Shown here in pieces: positions 41,544-51,728 of a stretch of 64,000 nt of DNA. Under the pieces are notes generated by a model. The model was not told the origin of the DNA. It did no database searches and saw only the letters and a list, made by a program, of their open reading frames with translations. The position numbers were made by a program, and so were the translations under genes. Position 1 is the stretch's first letter; every line of letters starts with the position of its first letter. Origin of the DNA: a virus (lineage: Duplodnaviria; Caudoviricetes); IMG/VR virus record IMGVR_UViG_2814123203_000002, positions 1 to 64,000 of that record. One strand, written 5' to 3'.

Positions 41544-41927
41544 TTAATGCCCCTTCCCCCAGCAAGTTTCACATTTCCAGATTTTACGTGATTCTTCACT
41601 TGTCAACCGTAAATACTCCTCATAATCAATAGAACACCCGTCTATTGTTCCTACAGTATGCGCTCCACAGATAGAACACTCTCCTGTGATAATGTCATCA
41701 TCATATACAATAAGAGGTTTTTCTCTCGGTTCAATTTCAACTTTTGCCTCATACAGACCACCGTCAATAAACATGTATTCCTCACTACCAAGATTAGGTT
41801 CCTCGTTATGTTCATGTGCCCATTTATGATCTGCGCTTTCCATTTCGTTTAACCACATTTCATTTAAGGCATCGATAAATCGCTGTATTAGATTCTGCTC
41901 ATCCTCATTATTTACAATGATCTTCAT
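41544..41927 (-). CDS. Acidic hypothetical protein with zinc-ribbon C-terminus
   Basis: CSIC and CETC pairs. Confidence 0.55.
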   Translation of the reverse strand: MKIIVNNEDEQNLIQRFIDALNEMWLNEMESADHKWAHEHNEEPNLGSEEYMFIDGGLYEAKVEIEPREKPLIVYDDDIITGECSICGAHTVGTIDGCSIDYEEYLRLTSEESRKIWKCETCWGKGH

Positions 41928-41933
41928 TCAGCC

Positions 41934-42200
41934 TCATTCCTCCTTCTCCCAGTTCCTATGTCTGTCAGCAATCATCATGGCGTAATTAGCAATATCGGCA
42001 GCTTCACGTATAACTTCATCAGGTAAATCATCCCACAAAAGGGCTTTTAATAATTCCCGATACTCTCTGGGCACCTGCCTAAGGAGATGTTCTATTAGGC
42101 AGTCTGCCCAGCCGCCTTTATGATCGTTTTCCCGTAGTTTCAGTTCCATCTGCTCCGCAAACCATTGAACTTCAGGGCGTAGTTTGATCTCTTCCTTCAT
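41934..42200 (-). CDS. MazG-like all-alpha NTP pyrophosphatase-like protein
   Basis: EAADIANYAMMIAD motif; diverged paralog at 28624..28869. Confidence 0.5.
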   Translation of the reverse strand: MKEEIKLRPEVQWFAEQMELKLRENDHKGGWADCLIEHLLRQVPREYRELLKALLWDDLPDEVIREAADIANYAMMIADRHRNWEKEE

Positions 42201-42244
42201 TCCGATTCCTCCCTATTCACAAATCGTTTTGGAGTCTCAGTTCC

Positions 42245-42448
42245 TTATCTTTCGATTAGTAACCAAAGATCAACGTCTTCCTTGTCACAAAATTCCTGTG
42301 CTTCCTTTAAGCTTTTAAAATTTGCGAACCATACTTCTTCAGGGTGAAAGACTGCGTACCGTATCGATGGAGAGTATCCCAATTCGGATTCTTCTCTTTC
42401 GCATATCTTAAAACCGTTCCGTTCTTCTATAAGTTCCATTCGTCCCAA
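42245..42448 (-). CDS. Hypothetical protein, paralog of 55175..55375
   Basis: Both begin MELIEERNGFKICERE; 58-bp near-identical DNA. Confidence 0.65.
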   Translation of the reverse strand: MGRMELIEERNGFKICEREESELGYSPSIRYAVFHPEEVWFANFKSLKEAQEFCDKEDVDLWLLIER

Positions 42449-42744
42449 GCAAGTACACGTGGAAACTCTTTTGTCCGATCTATTAATTCTTGATATGAAT
42501 AGTAATAGTAATAATCTTTACCTTCGCAATCGTCGCAACCATACAAGCAACAGGGTGCTATTTTGTTGCTTATATCTTGAGATGCTAGGCGCTTAATTGA
42601 AATCGTAACCTCATGTTCATCTCCTTCTTCCATTTTTCCTAAAAAGATATCACTCATCCCGTCTGTCTCCTCTAAGTAGCAACCAAGTGCATCATCTGCA
42701 TTCTTGGCAGCAATATATAAATTATCGATTTTATAAACATTCAT
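42427..42744 (-). CDS. Acidic hypothetical protein
   Basis: ORF in a dense cassette. Confidence 0.5.
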   Translation of the reverse strand: MNVYKIDNLYIAAKNADDALGCYLEETDGMSDIFLGKMEEGDEHEVTISIKRLASQDISNKIAPCCLYGCDDCEGKDYYYYYSYQELIDRTKEFPRVLAWDEWNL

Positions 42745-42976
42745 CCGTTCTCATCCCCTTTTGGTTTAATAGGGAGAAGGCTGGTGCCCTCTCCTTTATT
42801 CCTCCCAATAGTTTGTTGGATCAAAAACAATTTGACCTTCAAAAAATTTTTCTAAACAACCAGTGCAAAAGTGGTATTCTGTTTTTTGAGTTTGCAGGTG
42901 TAAAATTTCCTCTTTGAATTGTTCACATTGCACGCATTTTTCGTTATTTATAATTTCCATTTGTTTTATTCCTCCT

Positions 42977-43471
42977 TTAGTATCCTTGATCTTGCCTTTG
43001 GTGATTTACTTTGTTCTTTTTCATGTAAGCTTGCTCTATTTGTTCCCACCTAAAACCCAATCTCACTCCAATTTCAAAAAAGTGGGATAATGCTATTTTT
43101 AAAAATTGTTGTTTATACTTTTTGGGAATGTCGTTGATCATCCCGACGTTTTTAAAAAGCTCAATAAACAACACTGTTGTTCCACTTCTTTCCACTTCAT
43201 CCGTAATGCAGAAGTCATCTTCCGGCAAATTTAGCTGCCGGGCAATAGAGAGGAACAAGTGTAGGCAATCCACGTATTCTTCCAGCGTATTTCCTGGTTC
43301 CCGATTGTTACTCCAGTGTTTGAAACCGCGCCACTCATTTGCCAATTCCGCGATTTCCACCTGCAATGCAAGCACCATATTCGGCAAGAGATCCTGACCT
43401 TCCAACCTGTGTTCTTTTATCATTCGTTCATCTAGTTCACATTGCATTTCAAACATTTTTTCTATGTTCAC
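42977..43471 (-). CDS. Dimeric (all-alpha) dUTPase
   Basis: EIAELANEWRGFKHWS, LEEYVDCLH, KNKVNHQRQDQGY. Confidence 0.9.
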   Translation of the reverse strand: MNIEKMFEMQCELDERMIKEHRLEGQDLLPNMVLALQVEIAELANEWRGFKHWSNNREPGNTLEEYVDCLHLFLSIARQLNLPEDDFCITDEVERSGTTVLFIELFKNVGMINDIPKKYKQQFLKIALSHFFEIGVRLGFRWEQIEQAYMKKNKVNHQRQDQGY

Positions 43472-43904
43472 GATTTCTTAGCCTCCCATTGAATATCACA
43501 ATAGCGTTTGGAAACGGTGCATTATGAGGGGAGCCACCAAATTTCAATCTGCCTCTGATGAATCGGATTTCCCCCTTCATGCAATAACCATGCCACCATT
43601 TTGTGTCAGTTCGTGATGGGACTAAACATACTACGGTTGCGCCTGCGAGTGATGATTCATACGCTTTGGCAATCCATTTACCGATCTGACGGCCATACGG
43701 TGGATTCATCCAGCAGACACCTTTCCATTCCTGTTTTAGGCCGTCTTCAGATGGCGTGAAATATCGTTTGCATTTGGCGTTTTCAGGAAGCGCACATACA
43801 TCGAGTTCAAACCCAAACTCAACATTTAAGTCGTCAAAGAAATCTTGAGGCGTTTCCCACAAATCACTCTTTGATGAATAATGAACTGCCATGTTATTGC
43901 TCAC
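43449..43904 (-). CDS. Phage N6-adenine DNA methyltransferase
   Basis: WETPQ, LDVCA, MNPPYG, PSRTDT, GRLKFG. Confidence 0.92.
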   Translation of the reverse strand: MSNNMAVHYSSKSDLWETPQDFFDDLNVEFGFELDVCALPENAKCKRYFTPSEDGLKQEWKGVCWMNPPYGRQIGKWIAKAYESSLAGATVVCLVPSRTDTKWWHGYCMKGEIRFIRGRLKFGGSPHNAPFPNAIVIFNGRLRNREHRKNV

Positions 43905-44413
43905 TCTATCTCCTCCCTTGCTAACTCTTTTCGTATAGCTTGGGAAAGCCTGGGTAATAGCTTGTTCACAAAAGCTAGAGCCCATCTTGGATACCCTCTT
44001 ATATAGAACTCTGCCGCATCAGATATGGATGTTTCATCATACCAATAAGCAAATTCTACATCACTATAAAGCCAATCATGACGTTCCAACAGATCCCACT
44101 CTTGTCTAGCTTTTTCTCTGGTAAAAGTCCCATCTCTCCGACAACTTATGATGTCCTCTTTTACCCGTTTAAGAGTTTCATCCCCATCATATTCCTTTAG
44201 CTTGTAAAACAACTTAGGGAGGAAATATCCCCAATTTGTCCTTTCTTTTGCAAAAAAATGGCGAAAATCTTCACATTCACTATGATGCCATTGGTAAGCA
44301 CAATTCCCATAGTCAGTTACCGCCGCGAACATCCCTGTCTCATCTAGCAAAAATGTGCCCCATCCTTCGCCATCAATCGGGGAAATATCGTAGCGCCAAT
44401 GTTTAATTTTCAT
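43901..44413 (-). CDS. Hypothetical phage protein
   Basis: GAGGT RBS; stop overlaps the MTase start. Confidence 0.6.
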   Translation of the reverse strand: MKIKHWRYDISPIDGEGWGTFLLDETGMFAAVTDYGNCAYQWHHSECEDFRHFFAKERTNWGYFLPKLFYKLKEYDGDETLKRVKEDIISCRRDGTFTREKARQEWDLLERHDWLYSDVEFAYWYDETSISDAAEFYIRGYPRWALAFVNKLLPRLSQAIRKELAREEIE

Positions 44414-45024
44414 AACATTACCTCTTTCTATGATTCGTACTGTTTTATTTCAACTTTGTTATAAATTCTTCGAGTCAATTCTGCCTCTTTTTTAATAGAA
44501 TAATCGTTTGTGCTGAGATTCGTTCATCTACTACATTGATAATTTGTAGTTTATCTGTTTGGTCAATTGTTTTCCTTTCCAGCTCATCAATGAACTTGGA
44601 ATAATTTAATTAATTATATTTTACTTTCGTTGTTTATTTCCAGAAATAATATCCATTTGAACTACAATTTGCAGTGAATCACCTACATACCATTTTTCCT
44701 TTTCGCAAAATTCCACTACTGATTTTTGCATGTTTAATAAGAAGTTTTCGTTCCAATTCTTTTAGATCAAAATATTCAAACGTTTTTATCATTAGGATTA
44801 TTATCTCTCTCATTCTTCCTCATATATTTGGTTTTTTAATGTCTTCCATCACTATCATCATTATATTATTCCCAGATAATAATTACTTTTACTTTTTTGG
44901 TCTCTTGATTTGAAACAACAAAATGTCGGTTCATTTATATATTATTATTATATTTATCATTTGTCAATGGATTACTTGCACTTTCATAAAAAAGTGCTAA
45001 ACAATTTGTTTAGCACTAACACGC

Positions 45025-45357
45025 TTACTCTATATTTCTTTTAAGTTCAATTTCACTCAGTCCAATTATTGAATATCCGCCCATATCTCGGTATGGACTT
45101 TCTCCCATAAGATCACCATTTGGATGCGTAAAGATTCTATTTTGCTTATCTATAATTCGAGCTTGCAAAAAAATATGTCGAAGTAACTCTTCAGGTATAG
45201 TATAAGTACCATCATCATTACTATATTCAGACATTAGTATTTTTAAGATTTCAAATGTCTTATTTACCGATTTTCCATAAGCTTTTTGTTTTTTTGCAAC
45301 CAATGAACCCAAATCTTTCCCTATTTCCTCGTATGTTCTTTTTTCTTTTTGTATCAT
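45025..45357 (-). CDS. Hypothetical protein, possibly a nucleotide-modification-associated helical domain
   Basis: KKQKAYG, RIIDK, ESPYRDMGGY. Confidence 0.5.
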   Translation of the reverse strand: MIQKEKRTYEEIGKDLGSLVAKKQKAYGKSVNKTFEILKILMSEYSNDDGTYTIPEELLRHIFLQARIIDKQNRIFTHPNGDLMGESPYRDMGGYSIIGLSEIELKRNIE

Positions 45358-46124
45358 ATCTTTTCACCATTTTCTATTTTCTTTTTATAATCTAAAATTT
45401 TCTTTACATACAGCCAGTCATACACGCTATGATTTGTCATATATTTTTTAGCTCTAGCAACTCCCATATTGTAAGATAATAGAGCAACGGGAATAAGGTC
45501 TTTTTTATTAACATGGTTAATCCAAGCATCTCTAGTACCAGCTAGTAGATAGATTCCAGCATCTACATTTTGATATGGGTCTTCCCAACTCCAATTAGGA
45601 CCAATTTCATTTTTTACATCAGTAAAATTTTGTATATTTATTTGCATTAATCCATAATCCCTAGTATAGCTAATAAGTTTCGCATTAAAATTACTTTCCA
45701 TTTTGATTACAGCAAAAATTAGAGTATGTGAAATGCTATATTCTAAAGATTTCTTTTTTATATATTTTTTCAAATCATTACTTAACGGCACATTCTTATA
45801 AATTTCACTTTCATATTCTATTACTGAATTATCTATTTCTTTAGATGCATAATTCTCTTCCTTCTTAATTTCTTTATCATTTGATGTTTTTACATCTTCT
45901 TCTGAAGTAACATCATCTTTTTTGACTTTTTCATTCAATGTTTTTTCTTTAAACAATTTATGCCTATATAAAAAGGGTAATTCTGATATTTTTTCCATAT
46001 TAACAGATGTAGCAGATACTTTTATTGCTTTATTATTACTTTTTTCATTGTCAAACAAATATGTTGTTCCAATTATCAAAAAAAGTAATCCAGCAATAAT
46101 AAACGCGTTCCTATATTCCATCAT
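45354..46124 (-). CDS. Membrane-anchored lytic transglycosylase (SLT domain)
   Basis: N-terminal TM, MESNF, GLMQI, SYNMG. Confidence 0.88.
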   Translation of the reverse strand: MMEYRNAFIIAGLLFLIIGTTYLFDNEKSNNKAIKVSATSVNMEKISELPFLYRHKLFKEKTLNEKVKKDDVTSEEDVKTSNDKEIKKEENYASKEIDNSVIEYESEIYKNVPLSNDLKKYIKKKSLEYSISHTLIFAVIKMESNFNAKLISYTRDYGLMQINIQNFTDVKNEIGPNWSWEDPYQNVDAGIYLLAGTRDAWINHVNKKDLIPVALLSYNMGVARAKKYMTNHSVYDWLYVKKILDYKKKIENGEKI

Positions 46125-46141
46125 CTACCCTCTTATTATAT

Positions 46142-47206
46142 TTATTGTTCATTTATTTCTTTAATATCCTCCAATACTTTTTCAAGCAACTCTACGTCAT
46201 CTATTTTTGCATACTTAATTGTTCCTAAACTTTTCTTTAAGATTTTCTTTATAGTATCTTTATCATTAGTTTTTTTAATTTCCTCATCAATTCTTGAAAT
46301 TAACATATCTTTATCAGATGTTTTTTGCAATGATTCTATAAAGTCGTTAGCATCCTCTTCTCTTCGTTTTCTTTGTTCGCTTTTAATTGTTTCTAAATCA
46401 ACACCTTTATCAAATTCTGCTTTCACAGCATCTTCAAATACTCTTAAAAACTCATCTATATTATATTCAATTCGTGTTGGTAAATTTTGAAACCTGCTTC
46501 CAGCTGTAATATAATCATCACTTCGGAAGTACATGTACCTTTTTGTTACTTTCACATCGTCAATATCCTCTTTTTCGATTGTAATAAAAACAATGAAGTC
46601 AGCCATATTAACAAAAACTTCGGAGCCACTGCTTGATAATGACAATACAAGTTGATCATAACTCGATCCATTTTTCTCTTCTACCTTTTTGTCTTTACTA
46701 TGTGTTAATGCCATAATCCCATATCCGGCTTTCATAAGTTTATCAATTGCATTACGAACTTTTTTCTTAACCAACTGATAACCAACCCCAAATCCTTGAT
46801 TTGAAGTACCTCTTGCTCCAACACCAACAATATCATTAGTACGTTTCTGAGGATTTTTCCTATTCCATTCCCTGATTACATCTTCTGTTGCCATATCCCA
46901 CATCACATCAGCGGTATCTAGGCCAATAAATTTAATACCTAATTTATTCTTATTCTCAACAAGTATTTTAATCATTTCTTCAAAATCAGACCATTTATTT
47001 ACATCAACTGCTTTAACTCGTAATGCTTGATATCCTTTTTCAAAAGCAATGAGAAGCGAATTTTCAACGCCTCCAAAATATTTCTCACATACTTTGGCAA
47101 ACAAAGATGTCTTACCGGATTTTGGTATACCTGATATCACCCAAAAATAATCTTCTAGCGCTGCTTTAGGCTCGTTAATACTTAAATTAAATAAATCAAT
47201 TGCCAT
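46142..47206 (-). CDS. AAA_24-type ATPase (YorG-like)
   Basis: GIPKSGKTS, AFEKG, LDT, AGSRF. Confidence 0.8.
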   Translation of the reverse strand: MAIDLFNLSINEPKAALEDYFWVISGIPKSGKTSLFAKVCEKYFGGVENSLLIAFEKGYQALRVKAVDVNKWSDFEEMIKILVENKNKLGIKFIGLDTADVMWDMATEDVIREWNRKNPQKRTNDIVGVGARGTSNQGFGVGYQLVKKKVRNAIDKLMKAGYGIMALTHSKDKKVEEKNGSSYDQLVLSLSSSGSEVFVNMADFIVFITIEKEDIDDVKVTKRYMYFRSDDYITAGSRFQNLPTRIEYNIDEFLRVFEDAVKAEFDKGVDLETIKSEQRKRREEDANDFIESLQKTSDKDMLISRIDEEIKKTNDKDTIKKILKKSLGTIKYAKIDDVELLEKVLEDIKEINEQ

Positions 47207-47276
47207 GAATATCCTCCATTATCTGAAATACAGAGAGGGGAATACTCCTCTCTGTATTTTATTATATTTTATTTTA

Positions 47277-48419
47277 CTATAGCTCATCATCGTCTTCATC
47301 ATCTAGAAAAAAGTCATCATCGTCTTCGTCTTCATCATTTAAGAAATCATCATCGTCTTCCTCATCATCTTCGTCACTTTCTTCAATTAGGTCATCAACA
47401 ACAAAATCTGATTCTTCATACACTTCTTGCTTAAAAGTTCCTTTTTTTGCACCTGTAACTCTTAATTCAACAATATAATTACTAAAGGTATCTTCTAATC
47501 CATCTGGGCGCTCTCCTTCAAAATCTTCATCGTCATCATCATCTATATCATCATTAGGATCTACTCTAACAATTTCCACTGTATTCAAGCAGTGTCCATA
47601 CAATTCAATAAAATCACCAAACTTCAATTTCTTTGTAAGTTTATTTGCGAATTTTTTAATTTTATCATTACCATTTGGTCTTATGACAAGTTGCAAATTC
47701 GAAAACTTATTGCCATATTGAATTGTATAAGCATTAATGTAAATTGCTTCTTCTTCATAATCACTATCTACAAATACAATTTCTTGACTAAAAGAGTTTA
47801 TTTCTTTAAAGTTTTTATCTTCAAAATCTATGTCATCAATTTTTTTAATGCTCTTAATTATATATTTGATACTTTCATATCTTTCCCCGTTTTTCTCATA
47901 TGAATTTTTTTGAATTTCTCCTGTGACTCTTACACTTGTTCCATTTTCAAGTTCCTGATAAATATATTCTGCTGCATCAAAATCTACCATACTTTTTCTA
48001 ATCAATTTACCACTTTCATCTTCTTCTAATTGAACATTTACTCCAATAATATTATATCCTTTAGGTAATTCATTTCGTTTAGAAAACTTTAATTTCATTG
48101 TATCACCAGACTTACCTTTTTCTCCTTTTTTATAAGGATAAACAAAGTCTTGCTCACAACCAAATAACTCTACATTTAACTTATTTGTTTCACTAGTTTT
48201 AATTTGGAAACGAACAGAATTATAAGACTTTCCTTTCATTTTTCCACTTTGAATTTCTCCTGTTTTAAAAGCATGATCTTTGTTAATTCCTTCAACGATG
48301 CCCTCAAATTTGAAATATGATTTAGTTTGTTCTAGATTTCTTTTACTTTCTTCTGTATTCCCACTGGTTTCCTTTTCTTTGATTCCTTTTTTCGCCATTA
48401 TAAATCCTCCAATTGACAT
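47277..48419 (-). CDS. Probable ssDNA-binding protein (YorF-like)
   Basis: OB-like beta segments, very acidic tail, upstream of the ATPase. Confidence 0.6.
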   Translation of the reverse strand: MSIGGFIMAKKGIKEKETSGNTEESKRNLEQTKSYFKFEGIVEGINKDHAFKTGEIQSGKMKGKSYNSVRFQIKTSETNKLNVELFGCEQDFVYPYKKGEKGKSGDTMKLKFSKRNELPKGYNIIGVNVQLEEDESGKLIRKSMVDFDAAEYIYQELENGTSVRVTGEIQKNSYEKNGERYESIKYIIKSIKKIDDIDFEDKNFKEINSFSQEIVFVDSDYEEEAIYINAYTIQYGNKFSNLQLVIRPNGNDKIKKFANKLTKKLKFGDFIELYGHCLNTVEIVRVDPNDDIDDDDDEDFEGERPDGLEDTFSNYIVELRVTGAKKGTFKQEVYEESDFVVDDLIEESDEDDEEDDDDFLNDEDEDDDDFFLDDEDDDEL

Positions 48420-48476
48420 TTATCTATATTAAGCTAAAAACTAGCATAATATACATTTATTTATTATATTTATCAT

Positions 48477-48698
48477 TCAATACATTTCGTAGATTTTTTC
48501 TATTAAATCACTTATGGTACTTTCTGTGTTAATACCATTAATTTCTATCCCGTAATAGTTTTTAATATCTTCTAATATAATAACTATATCTACTTTCTTT
48601 ATTTCTAATTCATTAAATGTGTAGTTAACTTTCAACTCTTCTGGTACTATACCTGTTATATCATAAATCATTAACTTGACTTTTTTTTCAACTTTCAT
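48477..48698 (-). CDS. Acyl carrier protein-like protein lacking the phosphopantetheine serine
   Basis: Aligns by eye to ACP over its whole length, but LGADSLD is replaced by LEIKKVD. Confidence 0.55.
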   Translation of the reverse strand: MKVEKKVKLMIYDITGIVPEELKVNYTFNELEIKKVDIVIILEDIKNYYGIEINGINTESTISDLIEKIYEMY

Positions 48699-49195
48699 AC
48701 TTGTCCCTGATATTATATAGTAGTTGAAGATGCTACTATTTTACTATATAGGACCGTCCCTCCTTTCCCCATATGCTTATTTCCCTTATGAAACAGGAAT
48801 ATACTCTTGTTTTTTAACGTTGACACGTAATATTTCAAAATTTTTCTTATAAAAATCATTGCTTTTTTTATTGTATAGATTTCTCCAACATCCTATTTCA
48901 TCTTTAATTACTGCCTCCTCTCCAAAAATTCTAACTTGATATTCTTTATTTTTTCTGAACAAGTATTTTTCATTCAATAGCTTAACGTCAGAAATACACT
49001 TGACAAATGTTTCATCAAATAAATTCAAAATCACATCTACCCTTTTCTTATATTTATTATTTGTTGAAAAATTATATCACCATTCTTTTGTTTTGTCAAA
49101 AATATTCCATAAAAGTTTCCACCATAAAGTTTTTAATTTTAGTAGTATGTAAAATGGCCTCTTTATGGTAGAAAACAATTTAAGTCAAAACCAAT

Positions 49196-49615
49196 CTATT
49201 TTGCGAAACGTCCATGATGTAGAAGATCTTTTCTAAATTTTTTATATATCTCCTCTAATGTTATGTTATTTCTTTCAATTTTCTTTATTATTTTCTTTAG
49301 ATTATCTTCAAATATATGTTCTTGAAAAAGCTCTTTAAATGCTCTTTTTTTATTCTCTTTATATATTTCCTCAAATTCCTTTAGATCCATATTTCTTTGT
49401 TTTATTTTAAACTCTCTAAAATCACTAATTGCGAACATCTGTTCCCCGGTCTCAGTCCAAAATCGATTTATAAAAAAGCAGAAGTCTTCAAAATTATTTA
49501 TAAGTGCTTTTAAATTTTGTTCATTCTGCCAACCTAACTCCAAACTTTCATAGTTGATTTCATCATGTGTGTTAAGTTTATTCATTAAAGTTTCCTCCTT
49601 GATAATATTACTCAT
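49196..49615 (-). CDS. Hypothetical protein
   Basis: ORF with internal AGGAGG-ATG start. Confidence 0.5.
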   Translation of the reverse strand: MSNIIKEETLMNKLNTHDEINYESLELGWQNEQNLKALINNFEDFCFFINRFWTETGEQMFAISDFREFKIKQRNMDLKEFEEIYKENKKRAFKELFQEHIFEDNLKKIIKKIERNNITLEEIYKKFRKDLLHHGRFAK

Positions 49616-49915
49616 TAGTATATTGGTAAGTATTTCTTGGTGTGACCATTGTAACCCTCATTAAAGAATATTGTCAATGCTATATTTTATTATTTATCAT
49701 ATTAGCAAGTTGGAAAGGTTAATTTTTCCTTTCAGCTATTTTAGATAAAGAGCTTCTTGATTTATTTCGACATAAACTGACATTAATCAACATTTTTCTA
49801 TAAATATTTTTATAATTCTCTGTCCATTTTTATTATATTTTATATATGTATTAAGTCTCACTATATTTTATCAAACATAGTGAATAGGGTCATTCTTTAA
49901 TGAATGACCTTGTCT

Positions 49916-50884
49916 TTATTTTGAAATTTCCCCGTATAATTTATAGATATTGTCGTAATTAACAAAATCTTTTAATGAATACCAGTTATTTATCTTAAAT
50001 TCTTTTGCAATTTCCTTGTATTGATCATTGCCTAATTCCCCATTTTTTTCCAATAGTTTTCTACCTAAATATATCATTCCAGAGCGGAATATGTTTTTAC
50101 TTGTAAAATATGGGATTGATAGAGTTTCCCCAATTAAGTTAATTCTTCTATAAATAACAGAAGATTGAACAGGACCATTTTCATTTGTTGTTCTAGTTTG
50201 TGAATTTCTAAAGACATAATCATTAACAAATAACTCGTTTACATTTGAAACATTTTGTCTGTATTCCATCACTCCATTTCTTTTCACATATTCTTTTTCA
50301 TTAAGGGCATCAATACATAAATCAATTACATCTTCTTCAACTTTAATTATTCTTTGGCTACCATCATAATCAGTTAATCTTAAGGTGTTATTATAACTAT
50401 CAATATCTTGTTTTTTTAAGTTCCTAATTTCAGCAGCCCCTTTCCCATTAACACTTGAAAATAGCAATCTAATAGGAGCCGCATCTTGAGCATTTTCACA
50501 ACGACTAATAATCTGTTTTATTTCTTTATAGCTCCAATAAATTTTTTTGTTTTTATCAACAAATTTATCGAACCAATCACTGTCAACCGTTTTAAGAATA
50601 TTAATTCCCTTTTTATATCCTTTTGAGATGCACCATGAAATATAACTTGTTAAAATTCTCCCATTACTTTCAGATGACGCCTTTGTAAGAGGATCTAAAT
50701 CATACAGCACACTTTCTAATTCTTTCATATTAAAATCATAAATATCTTTATTTGTAGCTTTCTCTGTATATGAACTAATTTGGAATATCCTCTTATAATT
50801 ATTTTTAGTTTCTTCATTATCATAAATATTTAAAAACTCTTCTTTGATTTTCTCATTGTATAGATCATTTGGCAATTTTTTCAT
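49916..50884 (-). CDS. MrpR/YopR-like master repressor (tyrosine-recombinase fold)
   Basis: LYNEKIKEEFL start, NAQDAAPIRLLF, EIRNLKKQDI, IFRSGMI; lacks an intact HxxR; SPbeta-like synteny. Confidence 0.75.
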   Translation of the reverse strand: MKKLPNDLYNEKIKEEFLNIYDNEETKNNYKRIFQISSYTEKATNKDIYDFNMKELESVLYDLDPLTKASSESNGRILTSYISWCISKGYKKGINILKTVDSDWFDKFVDKNKKIYWSYKEIKQIISRCENAQDAAPIRLLFSSVNGKGAAEIRNLKKQDIDSYNNTLRLTDYDGSQRIIKVEEDVIDLCIDALNEKEYVKRNGVMEYRQNVSNVNELFVNDYVFRNSQTRTTNENGPVQSSVIYRRINLIGETLSIPYFTSKNIFRSGMIYLGRKLLEKNGELGNDQYKEIAKEFKINNWYSLKDFVNYDNIYKLYGEISK

Positions 50885-50885
50885 T

Positions 50886-51728
50886 TCAATTTACACCGCC
50901 TTTTAATAGAAGTTTGTTATAATAAATCTTAGCTTCTTCTAATTCTAAGTAATTTATTTCAAGTTCTATTTTTACTTTTATATTGTGATTTAAATCTAAA
51001 GCTCTCTCAATAGCAAGAATTGTATGAAATCCATTTAATATATCTATCCTTGATTCGTCAATCCTCAGTGTTAACTCATCTTCATTATAATGAATAAAAT
51101 TTTCATTTGGTTTTTTTAGGACATTCAATACAACAGGTTTAAAGTCATATGTTGAATTTAAGATACTTTCTGCAATTTCACTTACTAAGTTGAAGTTTAT
51201 ATCAATTGATTGGCTTAGTATGCCTTTTTTATTCTGTACATACTTATATTTCTTTGTTATGTCCAGATTATACTTTAGTAAATCTCTTTTATACAATTCT
51301 GCAATTCTATAAGCGTATTCAAATACTATATATTTATTTTCTGACTCTTTTATGACTCTTCTAAATACAAGTGGAAATTCTTCTTTTTCAAAATTTTCGA
51401 TTGAAAGATCTTTTTGCAAAATTTCATCTTCATTTAGAGAAGTACTTACAGCTTTCTCTATCTCTTTTTCGCTAAAAGCTCCTTTTGGATTAATTTCTTT
51501 TATTTTTGTTATGAAATAAAGTTCCATTCCTATTCGGATTATCATTTCTTTTTTTAATGGAATATCTCCATTTATTATCTGCTGAGTTTCACCACGAAAC
51601 ACTCCATAATTTTCATACAGTTTTTTTTTCAAGTTTTCTTTCTGATTATTGTTATGTTTTATATCATCTAGTATCTTTCTTAGTAAATTCACATATTCCT
51701 GTTTATCCATGTGCTCATCCCCTTTCAA
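50886..51728 (-). CDS. YopQ-like protein with degenerate ParB/DndB-type motif
   Basis: ILNGFHT resembles DGxHR; directly upstream of the YopR-like gene. Confidence 0.5.
   Translation of the reverse strand: MKGDEHMDKQEYVNLLRKILDDIKHNNNQKENLKKKLYENYGVFRGETQQIINGDIPLKKEMIIRIGMELYFITKIKEINPKGAFSEKEIEKAVSTSLNEDEILQKDLSIENFEKEEFPLVFRRVIKESENKYIVFEYAYRIAELYKRDLLKYNLDITKKYKYVQNKKGILSQSIDINFNLVSEIAESILNSTYDFKPVVLNVLKKPNENFIHYNEDELTLRIDESRIDILNGFHTILAIERALDLNHNIKVKIELEINYLELEEAKIYYNKLLLKGGVN

Noticed and set aside
43449-43904. Restriction-modification system
   Set aside because: Orphan phage MTase with no recognisable endonuclease nearby
47277-47540. TCA/TCG/TCT trinucleotide-like repeats
   Set aside because: Explained by the Asp/Glu-rich tail of the encoded protein
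49916-50884. Prophage integrase marking an attachment site
   Set aside because: Catalytic HxxR not evident; position and sequence fit the YopR/MrpR repressor
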